Translations under genes and position numbers: made by a program
Notes under the pieces: generated by a model
Seen by the model: only the letters and a program-made list of their open reading frames with translations
What the model was told of the DNA's origin: nothing
Databases searched by the model: none
Shown here: positions 1-14,000 of the stretch, one piece after another
Layout of the letters: every line of letters starts with the position of its first letter
Position numbering within the stretch: the first letter of the stretch is position 1
Origin: Priapulus caudatus
Taxonomy: Eukaryota
Length of the DNA: 64,000 nucleotides
NCBI RefSeq assembly: GCF_000485595.1
Contig: NW_014577087.1
Span: forward strand, 653,749-717,748
Direction: 5' to 3'

Positions 1-102
1 ATATTGATATAATATTATATTTATATTGATGTAAATGACATTGGTTTTATTGGGACCCATGTTCTCTAGCCTTGAACCGTCCATGATGATAGTCTTAATT
101 GG

Positions 103-355
103 GCTCATAAGGTCTATGTCCCTCAGGGTACTGCCGGAACGTACCCTGGGTACGGTCCGGTATACCGGAACGTACCCTGGTAACTATCTGATATGGTTAG
201 GGTTAGGGAGTAGGCGTAGGCGACTCCCTAGACTCGTTAGTAGAGTAGGCGAGGTACGGTCCGGCATATTAGACAGTACCAGAGTACGTTCTGGTATCCC
301 GGATCGTACCCAGGGTACGTTCTGTTGTACCCTGGGGGACATAGACCTTCTCAGC
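103..355 (+). mobile_element. MITE with 9-bp TSD (Mutator-like) and TTAGGG core
   Basis: TIR GCTCATAAGGTCTATGTCCC... / ...GGGACATAGACCTTCTCAGC; TSD CTTAATTGG at 94-102 and 356-364. Confidence 0.8.
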
Positions 356-452
356 CTTAATTGGGGTTAGGGTGATTGTGCCTTGTGGTTACGTAGGTCT
401 ATGTACGGGGTGGTGGAGGGAGGGTCGAAACGTAGTCCAGCACAGTAGTAAT

Positions 453-704
453 GCTCATAGGGTCTATGTCCCCCAGGGTACTGCCGGAACGTATCCTGGT
501 AACTATTTGATATGGTTAGGGTTAGGATTAGGGTTAGGGTTAGGGTTAAGGTTAGGGTTAGGGTTAGGGTTAGAGTTAGGGTTAGGGAGTAGGCGTAGGC
601 GACTCCCTAGACTCGTTAGTGAAGTAGGCGAGGTACGGTCCGGCATATTAGATAGTACCAGGGTACGTTCCAGCAGTACCCCGGGGGACATAGACCCTCT
701 CAGC
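453..704 (+). mobile_element. Second copy of the same MITE with an expanded (TTAGGG)n core
   Basis: Same TIRs; TSD AGTAGTAAT at 444-452 and 705-713; about 12 TTAGGG-like units at 514-587. Further copies at 46179-46473 (noisy) and about 47000-47193 (minus, truncated). Confidence 0.8.
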
Positions 705-1100
705 AGTAGTAATACTACTACTAGTAAGTTAATTTTAGTCTCAACAATCTACAAATGGGCTGATACTTGATTATTGTTCTTGGATTAGGTTGGTATTTAA
801 GCACTAGATTAGGGATAGGATTAGGTAAGTGTTTGGGTTAGGGTAAGAAATGATGTGATTTATATTATGAGGGCCTGTTACCGGAAGGATTAATCTGCAG
901 TCGACTTCATTGTTTTCTTCTACTGGAAGTGATACGTACATGACTTTATTTAGCGCATGATTTGCTTTCTTAGGCTGATAGTGCAGTTGAATGCAGTTTC
1001 AGAATGAAATGTCTCTTGGTGATCTGTGATGTTTTTTATAGACTATGTGCTTGAGTGCCTTGATGGCTATTGATGTCAGCGAAGTGTGATCTATATAGTA

Positions 1101-1316
1101 GGCTACCGCTCTATTAGGAGTGTTCCCAAATTTGATATCATTAATGATTAATGATTAATGATTAATGATTGATAATCCTAACCCTAACCCTAACCCTAAC
1201 CCTAACCTAAATGACATTAAACCACAAACTAATATATGACCATGACCATATATATATGATGTTATTATGACCATTAATGACATTAAAGTTGGCAACACTC
1301 CTAATGGAGTATCACC
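1101..1316 (-). mobile_element. Different MITE family with a (CCCTAA)n core and a near-perfect 9-bp TSD
   Basis: Imperfect TIRs around ATTAGGAGTGTT / AACACTCCTAAT; flanks TATATAGTA and CATATAGTA; CCCTAA run at 1176-1210. Confidence 0.55.
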
Positions 1317-2090
1317 CATATAGTACGAGGGTTAATTAATTACTACATTTTTTAGCACATGGATTTTGCATTAATGCTTTTAGTATGTTGAGGATAATTC
1401 TCTGGTAAAAAGAGCTGCAGTGCTCCAGGTGTTAGCATGTCCACCATAAACATAATAATAAGCCTGTGAATTCAAACCTCGGCCTGGGAAGTGAGGTTTC
1501 TCAGGGGGTGAATTCCTGGCCCTCAACATAGATCATCTTCAGCAATGGGAATGTAAAAGAACCACTGAGGATGCAAACACTTCAAATGGCAGTGACCACC
1601 TTCAGTGTCAGAAAAGAGGTCCGCCTGGCGTAATTCACTTGGACTAATTAGTGAATGAGACCTCAATTTCTTAATTATAACACAACTATAGTTAGTCAAT
1701 AGATTGTGACCAAGTAGTCAAAAATGCATATATGGAGATGTAGATGCACAAGCAGATGCCTAGTTGATGACACTGAGGCTGGGCAACATTAGATGAGAGT
1801 AATTAAACCTTGTCATTAGCAGGCAGTATCGTATTTGCTAGTAATGAACAGCTGCTTTGTAGGGTTCACTGGTTGGCAAGCCTTTGCGGATGCAGGTTTA
1901 AACCAGCATTATTGATGGAAGCTTTATATGGCTTTCTTGTAGGCTAGGAATGATGGTTCTTGGTGATAAATTCTACTAAGAATTAGTATCGTCAGTACTA
2001 CTAATATCTTATTCATAATATATTATTTTAATGTGGTTTTGATACCCATTTAATAAAATTCTACAATCTCTGTTTGATTGCTTTCAGAAC

Positions 2091-5000
2091 ATGGCATCCA
2101 CAGAGGCAAGTGAGGCTCTGCAGCGAAAGGAGGAAGGCAATAAATATTTTCAGGTCGGCAATGTCATGTTATCTTTTATATATACCAGGGTTTCTTATAC
2201 ATAATAGGCACAGTGGCGCACCGCCGTTGTCAAATTGAACATCGCCATTGTGAAAATGTTCTCAAATGCAGTCTAAGACATTCAAATTTAAAAAACTTTG
2301 CTGGGGAGACCCCCCAGAACCCCCCCCCCAGTGAGAGGGGGCATTCTCCCTCTCCCTCTCTCTCCCGCGTCCGCATGCGTGCCTACGGCACGCCTTTGAA
2401 TCCATCATGCACATTTTTTTCTCCCAAACTGGCCATTACTTCCTTTGTCTAATTTTCCCTCAGAAGAACCCGTGTATACCAATAATCTAATTTGTGAAGT
2501 CACACCAAATATACATTATTCAATAAGACAAACTATAATGGAAAGATATGACAAGTGATGATATCTGTAAGCACCATGCATATAATTTGGGATTTTTTAA
2601 GGCATAAACTGGTTAATTTCTAAACCACACTATGTCATGCAAGTCTTAAACTTACATGGCAGCAATAGAGCGTATATTACAACTGCGATTCTTCACATTA
2701 GGCTGGCGACTACGCAAAGGCTGCTGAGTGCTACACGGCTGCCCTGAAGTTATGTCCTGCCAGCGACAAGAAGGACCATGCAGTATTCTACAAGAACAGA
2801 GCAGCCTGCCACCTAAAGCTCGAGAACTGGCAGAAAGCTGCAGACGATGCCACTGAATGTGAGCGCGGATGTCTCGTTTAGTATGATCATTTTGTTACTG
2901 TGTAATGTTAACGAGAATATGTTGTCAAACGAGCGTAAAGTTACTTGTCTACGGGCATTTTATGGATGTTGTGAACTTGTGATACAGAGTACATGCGAAA
3001 AGATGTTGGCATATGCTGTGTGCAAGGAGAGATTTTGTTTTTAACTCTCAACTTTTTACAAAGACATTTTATTTGCTTGATAGAATTGTTCCTATGTAAA
3101 AGCTGGGTAAGACCTAATCAACTAAATAAAGTCAAACTATTAATCAGTGAGACAATTACTATATTCTTTAGTATAGCATGTCCACTTTTTCTTCTCAATT
3201 ATTTCGAAAAAATGCACAAATGACTCCCAAGTGGTCTACATGTTGAGCAATATTCAAGTTGGCTCAAATACTACCCGCATGGACTATGAGTGCACAAAAA
3301 GTGTTTTTATCATCCGCCAAGACCTTTGTGTCATTCACGTGGTGTAACCGTCATCTCGACAGCACCAGCAAGGCGCAGTTCTGGCGGACGCCACCTACGC
3401 AGGATGCGAAACTGACGCGAGTCCAGAGTCAAATACTCCCTGATTTACTGTCGGACTCCCTGATTTGACATATATGCAGGAGTCCGTGTGACTCCCTGAA
3501 AATTCGGCTATACTAACTATAGTTCGTTCCAGAGCACGGCCTCGCGGAATTGCCGTATTTTTTTCAGCAAATGTCCAAAGAAAATTTGGCAGACGTGCAT
3601 CGCATGAATCTTCAAAATAAGCACATGGCATGCGTTATTGTTGTTATGCTTTAGTTTTGAACTTCAGACTGCGGACTCCCTCATTTTGCCGCGGACTCCC
3701 TCTTTTTGAGGGTAGGGAGTCCAACAGACTCCCTTGTTCAAAAGTTAATTTCTACCCCTGCATATACGTGTTTAATGCTTCTCACCTCTCTCGTGCATCG
3801 CAGCGATCGAGATCGTTCCGGCCGACAGCAAGGCGCGCTTCCGGCGCGCGCAGGCATACGACCATCTCGAGAAGTACGATGTGGCATTCAAGGACGCTCG
3901 CGCCGTCCTCCACCTCGACAAGAACAACAAGGCCGTCCTTCCCCTGCTGGAGAAGCTCAGTGCAAAATTACAGGAGAAGGTCAGTGCAAAATTACAGGAG
4001 AAGGTCAGTGCGAAATTACAGGAGAAGGTCAGTGCGAAATTACAGGAGAAGGTCAGTGCAGAATTACAGTAGAAGGTCAGTGTGGAATTACAGGAGAAGG
4101 TCAGTGCGGAATTACAGGAGAAGGTCAGTGCGGAATTACAGTAGAAGGTCAGTGTGGAATAACAGGAGAAGGTCAGTGCGGAATTACAGGAGAAGGTCAG
4201 TGCGAAATTACAGTAGAAGGTCAGTGTGGAATTACAGGAGAAGGTCAGTGCGGAATTACAGGAGAAGGTCAGTGCGGAATTACAGGAGAAGGTCAGTGCG
4301 GAATTACAGGAGAAGGTCAGTGCGGAATTACAGGAGAAGGTCAGTGCAGAATTACAGGAGAAGGTCAGTGTGCTCGACAACCTCGCGCAGATCAACGAGA
4401 TTGCTCGGGGTTCTTTTTGCTCCCGGCAATTACATGTTAGCATGAGAATACTAGCGTGTGAAGGGTACTAATACTATAGAATACACCTGGAGATACGCCT
4501 ACTATACAGGTGTGGAGTATGTAATATTGTATATGTTTGTTTCGGAAGTCGGACAAATTGGGTTCTGGGGAAAAATTTGTGAACTTATTCATATGTGCGC
4601 ATTGAAGTACTATGTATACCCACGATGAATAGGCAATTCCTTTCAATGCATTACCAAAAATATGTGCATGATCAAAAACCCTGCTTGCCCAGTTTATGCA
4701 GTGTTATCACACATCCTTGGTTGATTAAAAATCGTTGTTAGCCATACCAGTGAACTCCTGTGTACTGTAGCCACAAGTATACATGGAAGAGAAAATACAC
4801 AGCGTCATGTGAAGTAGTAGGCGAGACAATTCAGTGTATTTGTTAGCATGTTTGGCAGGTTTGTGCATGGTAATGTGATGTGAATGAGAATCGATATTTC
4901 TACCACAATGGCAGGTGTGCTGTGAAAACAACTGAACCATAGCGTATTAATCACTAGATCATCATTGATTTCCTACATCGGTGCTGCGTCAACTGAGCCG

Positions 5001-8000
5001 TAGGATCTGGTCGCGCCGGCCAAACAGCGGTTGTTTGTCACGGGCGCGTGCCGCCGCGTACGCCACGCCACGCCGCCGAAATGTATCAAACGCTTTATTT
5101 GCGCAGAGTAAGGAACAGCACAGCACCAACAGCAGGGTGTCGCAGATGCTACAGGCGTTATTCGATCCGAACGCTGACACGGAGAAAAGGTCGGCGGCGG
5201 CCAACAACCTCATCGTGCTCGGCCGCGACGCTCCAGCCCAGCTTTTCCAGGTACCCGCCTGATTTACGCGTGTCATCGGGAATGCGCTTAGCACCCCACC
5301 CCGGGTCGCATTTGTCTGTGTGCAGATCGGTCGAGAAAACCTGCTGAAAATGCCATTCGTAGATATCATAGGTGTCCATTCTATTGTGGTTGTTTCAATG
5401 TGTTACCATCACTCGAGAGAAACTTTGTGTTATTTTTCGTGAGGTGTCTGTTCTATTGAGGTTGTTTTGCTGTGTACCCACCACTCAGGGGAAACTCTCA
5501 TACGTGTCCTTTATAGACGAGTGTGCGTTCTGTAGAAGTGTCCGCTATAGCGCACTGTCCAGTTTGACTGCGTATCATGTGTTAATTGAGTTCTAGGCAT
5601 ACACAACTGCTTTGTGGCATGATGACATGCCACGTTTTCATCTGATAATGTTCAACACCCCAGTCACTGTTACAGCTAATGTCACCGTTAATACCAGGGT
5701 TCGAAATTGGGCGTATAATTGTAGTAAATGTGCCTTTATTTTTGAAAACGGTGAGCTCAAAATCCCTTCATATGCAAATTTTCGCTGTCGTTCTTTTTCA
5801 CTCTGTCATTTTTCCACCTCTTAAATGGATTTTGGCATCATAGGTGGTATCCTGTTGACAGAAAAAACCCTGCTTTAAAATATAACAGCTAAGATACGTC
5901 CATTTTTTAGCACCTTGCCTGGGTTAGTTAATCATGGCTCCCTGTAACGTGCTCGTGTTGTGAACTATTCATTGCTAATGGATAGAATTTTCTGCTGTAG
6001 GGGGGAGGTGTGAAGATGCTGTTGCCCGTGCTCGAGTGGAAGGAAGAGGAGTACGTTCTTGCAGTTCTACGCACGCTGGACGGCATGTGTATCAACAACC
6101 AGGATCGAGTACGTACACGATTTACTTCTGGACAATTTATATCATGTTACGATTTATATCTGTGGTCACAAGTTGCCATCACTAGCTTTGAAATTTATTT
6201 TGCTTTATTCCGCTGCTGAGTTCAGCCGATAGACCTGTTATGATGCGAGGTATAATTGGATCTAGTTTCTATGAGAGTTTGTTGAATGATTCAAAGTGAA
6301 CATGGGGAAGTGAAGGCGGTCCGGTCTACATGCTTTCAGTAACCCGAGTAAAAATTTCAGGTGTGGGGCAGAATTTTATCCTGAGAGGCTTTCATTAGAT
6401 TGAACATGTTCAAGTTATCATTATTCTTAAAATAATGTTTTATAGAATAATCACCTCATATAATTTGACACAAATTACAATGTTAGTTGCACAATAATTA
6501 CTGATAAACATACGTTCTCTCGTAAACTAAAAATTTCTGTATAGTTGTGGTCAGTCCCGTCATAGCAAACCAGATATACACATTAGGCGGTGCCTAATGT
6601 GTATAAGTTCTTCGTCGCAGGCTAAGGTCATAGTTGCTGAGGTCGGATTCCCACGGCTGCAGCAGCAGCTAACGAGGAACTCAGAGGAGATCTGCCTGGC
6701 GTCGGCCCATCTCATCCTCAATGTTGTCTGTGCTCTCACAGGCCTGAACCGCGAGGCCGGCAATAAGGTGGAGATGGCAAAACTTAATGGTAGGTGCTGT
6801 CAGATGAACGAGGCCACTCTGGAGAATAATGGACCTCTACGGTTGCAAATGAAACTAAACGTTAACTCGTATGGCATACACGCATTGGCGTGCATTTGCA
6901 ATTTTGTTGACATGCACGTAAAAACCCTTGCGTTAAATTCGAAACGTGCTCTCCAAGCAAACGTTGTCATTCAAACAAATTTATAAATAATAGGTTAAAC
7001 TTCTCCGGAGACCCCGAAAAACGTGTGTGGCACAATACCGTATTACTGTATATAATAAGGCATACTGTCGCACATGCGTACGTAACACATGGGGTTTGCA
7101 CTGTGTAATCACCAACGTGACCAAACTCCTTTTGTAAACGTTCACAGAATCGCCCACTACGTTGTAGTTGCTGGTTTTCTGTGATTATACAGAACCTATA
7201 TTGCGAACCCCCTTAGTAACCTACTTGGAAATCTTTTGACCCTGCAAGATTTTGCTTTCTCAAACCCAGCATTACTTATAACTATATGCGTTACCTGTAT
7301 ACAAAAACTATGCAATTATCTCATTGCCGATTCCACACCAAAATAGCATACTTTCAAAAAATGCTTTTCACCAACATGCATATATAATGTTATCATATAT
7401 TAATATTATATTATTTATTATATTAATTTTATGTTATGTTATGGTATTCTAATTTTGTGTTATATTATATCAGGAGTCTATCAAATATTGATAGACTCCT
7501 GATTATATTATTATATCATATCAGGAGTCTATCAAATATTGATAGACTCCTGATTATATTATTATATCAATTTTATATTATGTTATATATTAATTATATA
7601 TTATGTTATATATTAATTTTATATTATGTTATATATTAATTTTCTGCTATATTATATTATTAAAATAATTATATATTATTATCACTACACTATTTAGCCA
7701 ACATCAAGATGATCGGATCGATCATGAAGGCCATCATGCACATCGTGACGGACGTGACGCTGTCGGGATACGGCCGCGATGCCGTCACCGACCTCATACT
7801 GAAGCTGGTGCCACGCACCGGCGGCATCGACTGGGTGCGCAGATTTCTCGACGATAAAGGTGCGTAGCAGCGCCGCGATCGACGGGGGGTGGGGGTGCGT
7901 ACCGAAGTGTTGTCGATTACGATTTCAGGCTTTCATTTTTAAGGGGCGCGATAGCGCTCGCGCTCCACCGCGCACCCGAAATTGTGCCATGGTGCGCGCA

Positions 8001-11000
8001 TCATCGCGCCTCATAAAAGTGGTTGAAATCGCGCACCTAAAGTATGTCTATTATGTTGAAATAGCGCTCCATAGAGTTCTCAATGTAGGGGGGTACAAAA
8101 AGGTTAGCAACACACAACAATTTGTGGTGTGTAAGTGACTGAACGTATGGCAGAGGTACAGGTCTGGTTACTACCCTCTGGTTTATATATATATATAAAT
8201 ACAACTAAACAACAGCATCCAAATACAGGTACCTATACGGTAGCCACAAGTTACCTGCTCGTTTTCTACTATACGTGGCGAGAAGTAGTTTTCTGCGGAC
8301 GTGAAACAGTCGTAGGGCTGGAGGGGCTACATACGTGGCTACTACGTACAAGTAATTTGGCTAGTTTGTTGATGGATTGTGATGATATTTTGTGCTGAAA
8401 TATGCAGGTACATGGATTAGAATCTCTAAGGATGGAAATCAGAATAAATAAAACAAGTTTATTTTTACATCCGATCAACTCTTTTATTAATCTGTGGGCT
8501 ATTGTTGGGTTGTTGGATGAAAAGAATGTAATCCTGACGAAGCCATTGAATGAATGAAGGTGAAGATGAATGATAATCAGTAGATTGACATGACATCCCA
8601 ATTTTCGTTTTGGATTTCACTCTAGACTGAGGATTGGTCATGATTCCATCATCACACCCCAAGAGGCATGATGGAGAGCCCTCAATGAGCTCTCCATCAT
8701 CCCTTTTAAAGGTGTGATTTTTAGTGGAGCTCTCCATCATGCCTCTTAAGGGTGTGATTTTTTAGTGGAGCTCTCCATCATGCCTCTTAAGGGTGTGATT
8801 TTTTAATGGAGCTCTCCATCATGCCTCTTAAGGGTGTGATTTTTTAGTGGAGCTCTCCATCATGCCTCTTAAGGGTGTGATTATGGAGCGTGAAAAGACC
8901 ACCTATGGTGTCCTAGGGGAGTCATTAGTAGTCCTCCTGTACTTTTCAAATCTGAAAGCCTGCGATTTGAGCTGTTGTGATGTGTATTGTACTGCGGCGA
9001 TGGTTGCATTTGCGTCACGATAGACATGGCTTGGGTGCGAGAGCTCTTGCCGGTGGCACGGACCCTGGATTCATCATACAAAGTATCGTCAATTTCGATT
9101 TGCATGGGCTGCTGTGATGTGTATTGTATTGCTGCAAACGATTGAAACTGCATTATCAGCTGGTTTGCGCGACACATGGTCATTACACATTAGGGGTTAT
9201 GCACACTCTTAATTTTAAATTTCGTTTCTAAGCATATTAGTTGCCACCATTAGGCTCATTTATATTGGGTTTTATTCATGCAAAACGTCATATTTAGCAC
9301 AATTCATGTAACAGTAGAGGTGTCCCCTCATCGTAAATATAGCAGGCTAGCATGAAGTGTAAAATCCCATTGTAAAAGTTAACAGATTTTACAATAAATT
9401 TACTGAAATCATGCATCATGCCTTCATCACCACCAAACCAATCACCAAACCAAAACTAATCGCATGTAGTTTCTTTGATCGATCGTAGTAAAGACACTTG
9501 CCGATCAGCACGAATAAACTTTGCAGATAGGCCTTCCCAGCTAACCATTTGACATTGTGGCAATGTAAATTTGTAGACTCCCCTGAACGTTGCCACAACG
9601 TTGTGGAGTAACATTGTAATGTAACATTCCTGCAACCATGTGTACATGTTCAAATGAATATTAAATATTTAATTTAAAGCAGAAAAGACATTAGCATGAA
9701 CGGTGACATGTACATTATTTCACAGGAACATCAGGGAATTTTACATTCGTTTAAATTGACAATACCGCCTGTAAGCCCATGAAATGCATAATTTTAGTTT
9801 GTAATTTTTTGCCATAAAAACCAAGTTAATATATATTTTAAATAGCATCGCGTGCATGTCTTTTTCAGCATGCTGGGAGATGCTGAAGGTCGGATCCTGC
9901 ATTCCGGAGATGACGACGATGCCCATCACGTCGGAAACACGCGGCCACATCGCGCTGGCGCTCAACAACATCTACATGGACCTGGAGAGTGACAGCGAGC
10001 GAGCGATATTCCGAACGCAGTGCGAAGACTACATTATGTGAGCGAGATATTTCCTGGTGGTCGATATTAACATATTTATAGTTTTAGGGGAATGCAGTGC
10101 GAGGACTACATTATATGTGAGTGCGATATATCCCAGGAGGGAGATGGTTGACATTAACATATTTATAGTTTTTCGGTGAAAGCAGGTCTGCTGCCGGAAA
10201 AGGGAAAGTAACGGTGTGCTTTTTTCCAGCGTAAAAGTTGAAAAAAACATTAAATATATAGGGTTAGGGTTAGGGTTAGGGTTAGGGTTAGGGTGCATTT
10301 TAGTAATAATATTAAATTGAAACGTCACCCTTTTATGGGAAGGTTGATTTGGAAGGCAGTTTTCTTTTAAGTTTAACCCCCCTAGGTATTGATGTGTCGA
10401 CCCATGCACGCTGTTGTGTGATACGTGGCCTCAGCCTAACCCCATCATTCACAAGTTGTCTAACATGAACATTCCTGTTCTTCCCAGTCCCCATGCACCA
10501 ACAGGAAATTAATTGGACTCAAGCAGGAGAAATGTCCACTTGAAACCTAGTCTGTTCACATTTAACTGGGAGAATTGATTGGACGGATAATGATGCAAAT
10601 TTTATCCTCGCAGGGTGCTGATAGATGACCCATCCCATGAGTCTAAAGTCAAGTGTGTTATTGCCATCACAACACTACTACAGGTTTGGTTCATCAATAA
10701 TTGCACACACATCTCGTTATTATATTGATTGCTTGTCACCGCCTCAAATTATTATCCAATAAATCATTATTGAATTATTATTCATCCTATAATAGAAGTA
10801 GATTTATTGTTATTATGCTACATAAACAGATTTATTGTTAATGTACTACAGAATAAAATTTATTAATAATATTTTTCTGAGTACTACAGGCTAAATGCAA
10901 TCATGCTTGAAAGGCATGTAAAACACAGAACTTGTTTATCTCCAAAATTTAGGGTCCGTTTGACGTAGGCAACAGCATTCTTGGAACTAAAGGCATGCTT

Positions 11001-14000
11001 GAGATCATGCTCGTTATGGCTGGATCAGATGACGTGCTGCAACAGGTGAGTGCATGCTACCCTGCATAAGCAATGACCATTGGTTTTTATGCCAAATATA
11101 TACATTTTGTGACATTTTTAATATACCTGTATACATGTATATGTAGGTAAAGTCCATAGCTTATGTAATGTGTAAGATTTACAGCGCGCGCACCACACAG
11201 TGACACACGCGTGCGTGCACACGCACATACACATCGCACGCACGCACGTACATATTGTTATATATATATATATATATATATATGAACACAGATTGCTTCA
11301 TTTCTAGTTAAAACAAATTTGAATCCGTTTATCAATGTGTGTTACTGAACTAAACAGTATCTCAGAGATGATGTTTTCCTGCCTGTAGCAAGTATCGGTG
11401 GAGGCTATCATCCAGGCATCAACGAAAGCAGATAAGAGTGCGGCCATCATATCTCAGGGAACACCCATTCTGAAGAAGCTGTATCAGTCGAAAAATGAGA
11501 ACATCAAAGTCCGGGCCCTTGCGGTGAGTGCTAGTCAGTCTGACAAGGGGCTAATGTGCTCAATTGTATTTGAGTTTATCATGTGGTAAGGATGCGCAGG
11601 TAAATAATATGGCTTTAAATGTCATAATAGACAGATGGATATACAGGATGGATTCATAAACAGATAGATTATAGACAAAGTGACAGGAATCAATTTCCCC
11701 TCTCACCAGTAGTAGAGGGTGTATAATTGCGCTTAATGTGAGAAAATGTAATTGTAATTGTAGTTTTTCTCTCATCTAAATTTGCATTGGTAAGCTTCAC
11801 ACGTTACGTTGAACAGAGGGACTATTGAATGTTCTGTTTTCACAGGCTCTGTGTAAGGCTGGTTCATCCGGTGGCACCGATGCATCGGCAAAAGCCATGT
11901 CAGAAGGCAGCACTATAAAGTTAGCGGACTCCTGTTTGAAGTAAGTGCTAGAGTTGGATCTACATGGTGCAAGCTCCAGTAAGATATAACTGTTTAGTGG
12001 CAATGAAAAGAAAAACTAGATATGCATAACCTGTTTGTTAATTTTACAGTTTATAATATTGTGAAATAATATATTAATTATAAATTATTTTTTTACTGAC
12101 ATATTTTTTGAATTTCCTTTTACAATCTCTGCTTGTAATGCTTTGTGTACATGCATGCGCTGACAACTGGACAAAGTGATTTAAACAGTAATGTAATATT
12201 TGGCAGTGCCACGCAAACCTGGTCAAGACTGGAACCTTAAACTGATAGGAATGATATAACAAAAACATGGTGGCAGTTCAATAACAAAATAATAGCTGTC
12301 CGTAACTAAGCGTGTTCGACGAATCCATTCTGCTAGATTCTTGCGAAGCTCGAAGAAAGACATGGTCATCCGTAAGTTTGCGGCCGAAGGTTTGGCCTAC
12401 TTGACACTGGATGCTGAGGTGAAGGAAAAGGTCTCTGAGGATGAAGAGGCTCTCAAGTCTATCATTGAACTGGGCAAGGTGAGCATATATAGCTACCTGG
12501 CTTCATGATTCGCTTTCAGACATTGGGTTCAACGTGCCTTGTCAAAGCTGAAGCTGTATTGCAACGTCGCATAAATCCTTTCCTTCGCATGTGAATTCCC
12601 TACAGTAAGTTTCATTTGTCATGGCCAGTCCCAACTGTCCAATTCCTTACAAAGAAAAATGGCTTTCTAATTTTTAGCTCATCTGACGTAGTCAGATGCA
12701 GCTTGTAGAATCGCATGATCGTCCGTGCGTCCGTGCGTCCGTGCGGAAGCTCGTACCACATGAATGCTACACGCCAGAAGGACGCCAGACACGCGCAGAA
12801 GCGACGCTGGACCACACGCCAGGACCCACGCGAGCACACGATTGGGTATTCGTTGTATGTTCGTCGGCTGAGGTCTAGCAAACATTTAAGCGCACACACC
12901 TATAGCGCACACCTAGCATGCTTCTAACGCGCATGTCCAGCGACCATGCAGCGAATATGGGCGTGCTCGAACGAGTGGCTGACAGAGTCGTGTAGCGCGC
13001 CCACGCTTCTTCTAGCGTGTTCCTAGCGTGTACGGTATATAAACGGGTCCCGCCGCCACCTCCTCATGCATCACTTCTCCTCCGCCCTCATGGGTGATGA
13101 CAGAGATTCCTGCTTATTCGTGTCTAGACGAACCACTCTAGAAGATGAGGATCCCAGACAGGCTGCCGACTACAATACGAAATCGCGGTTCTCCAACATT
13201 AGCAGAACCCTGCATGGAACTGGCACTTCACCAAGTCCATGTCATCAAGGAAGGAGAGAAGAGAAGAGGTCAACGGAGTTTCTGGTCCGACCGGTGATCG
13301 TCGGCCGACGACAGTTGGCCTGTATGACCAGCTACTTGTTGAACTCCGCGTAACGAAAGACCAGGCAGCCTTCACGAATTTCATGCGGATGCCCCCCCCC
13401 CGAGATGTTCGACGAGCTGCTAACCAGATTGGGTCGAGGATCACAAGCAGAATACCAACTACAGAGAGGCCCTCGACCCTGGCCTGAACAGCTTGCCCTC
13501 ACTCTGCGCATCTTGTCTCTGGGCCAATATCACTCAATGTGTCCTATGGGGTGGAGGGGCATCACAACACCATATCCCTGCTGCATCCCAGAAGTGACCT
13601 GTGTGTTGGCTGTGTGCTGACTGTGCGCTGGCTGTGAGTTGAATGCGCGGTGCATGCGCGGTGCATGCGCGGACCAATCGTTCCGTGCGCTAGCAACACG
13701 CTGTGCTATTCGTTGGATTTTTTAACAATGTGCCTCCCTGTATACGCTCTGTATATATGCGCCCTGTATACGGCGCAGCGTCGCTAGCAACACGCTGAGC
13801 ATTCGTTGTCAACATCGCTAGCTTCTCCAAATCCTGACAAAATTGGCGGCACCAACGACGCACTGATCTATTTTCCATTTTTTGATTAAGTTTTCAGTGC
13901 GCGGGCCGCGGGCGATGCGTCGTGTACGTGGTGACTGGGCATAAGCGACACAGTTATTAATATTATCACAAACATAAAATTGTATGCTTGAAGTTGTGTC

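Noticed and set aside
514..587. (TTAGGG)n as a true telomere or chromosome-fusion scar
   Set aside because: The tract is short and enclosed within MITE TIRs and a 9-bp TSD.
3956..4370. Regular 24-bp repeat as a CRISPR array or a standalone repeat-protein ORF (3630-4445, 3706-4440, 3772-4443)
   Set aside because: The units are head-to-tail with no unique spacers, there are no cas genes, and the context is a eukaryotic intron. The long ORFs are just stop-free frames of the minisatellite.
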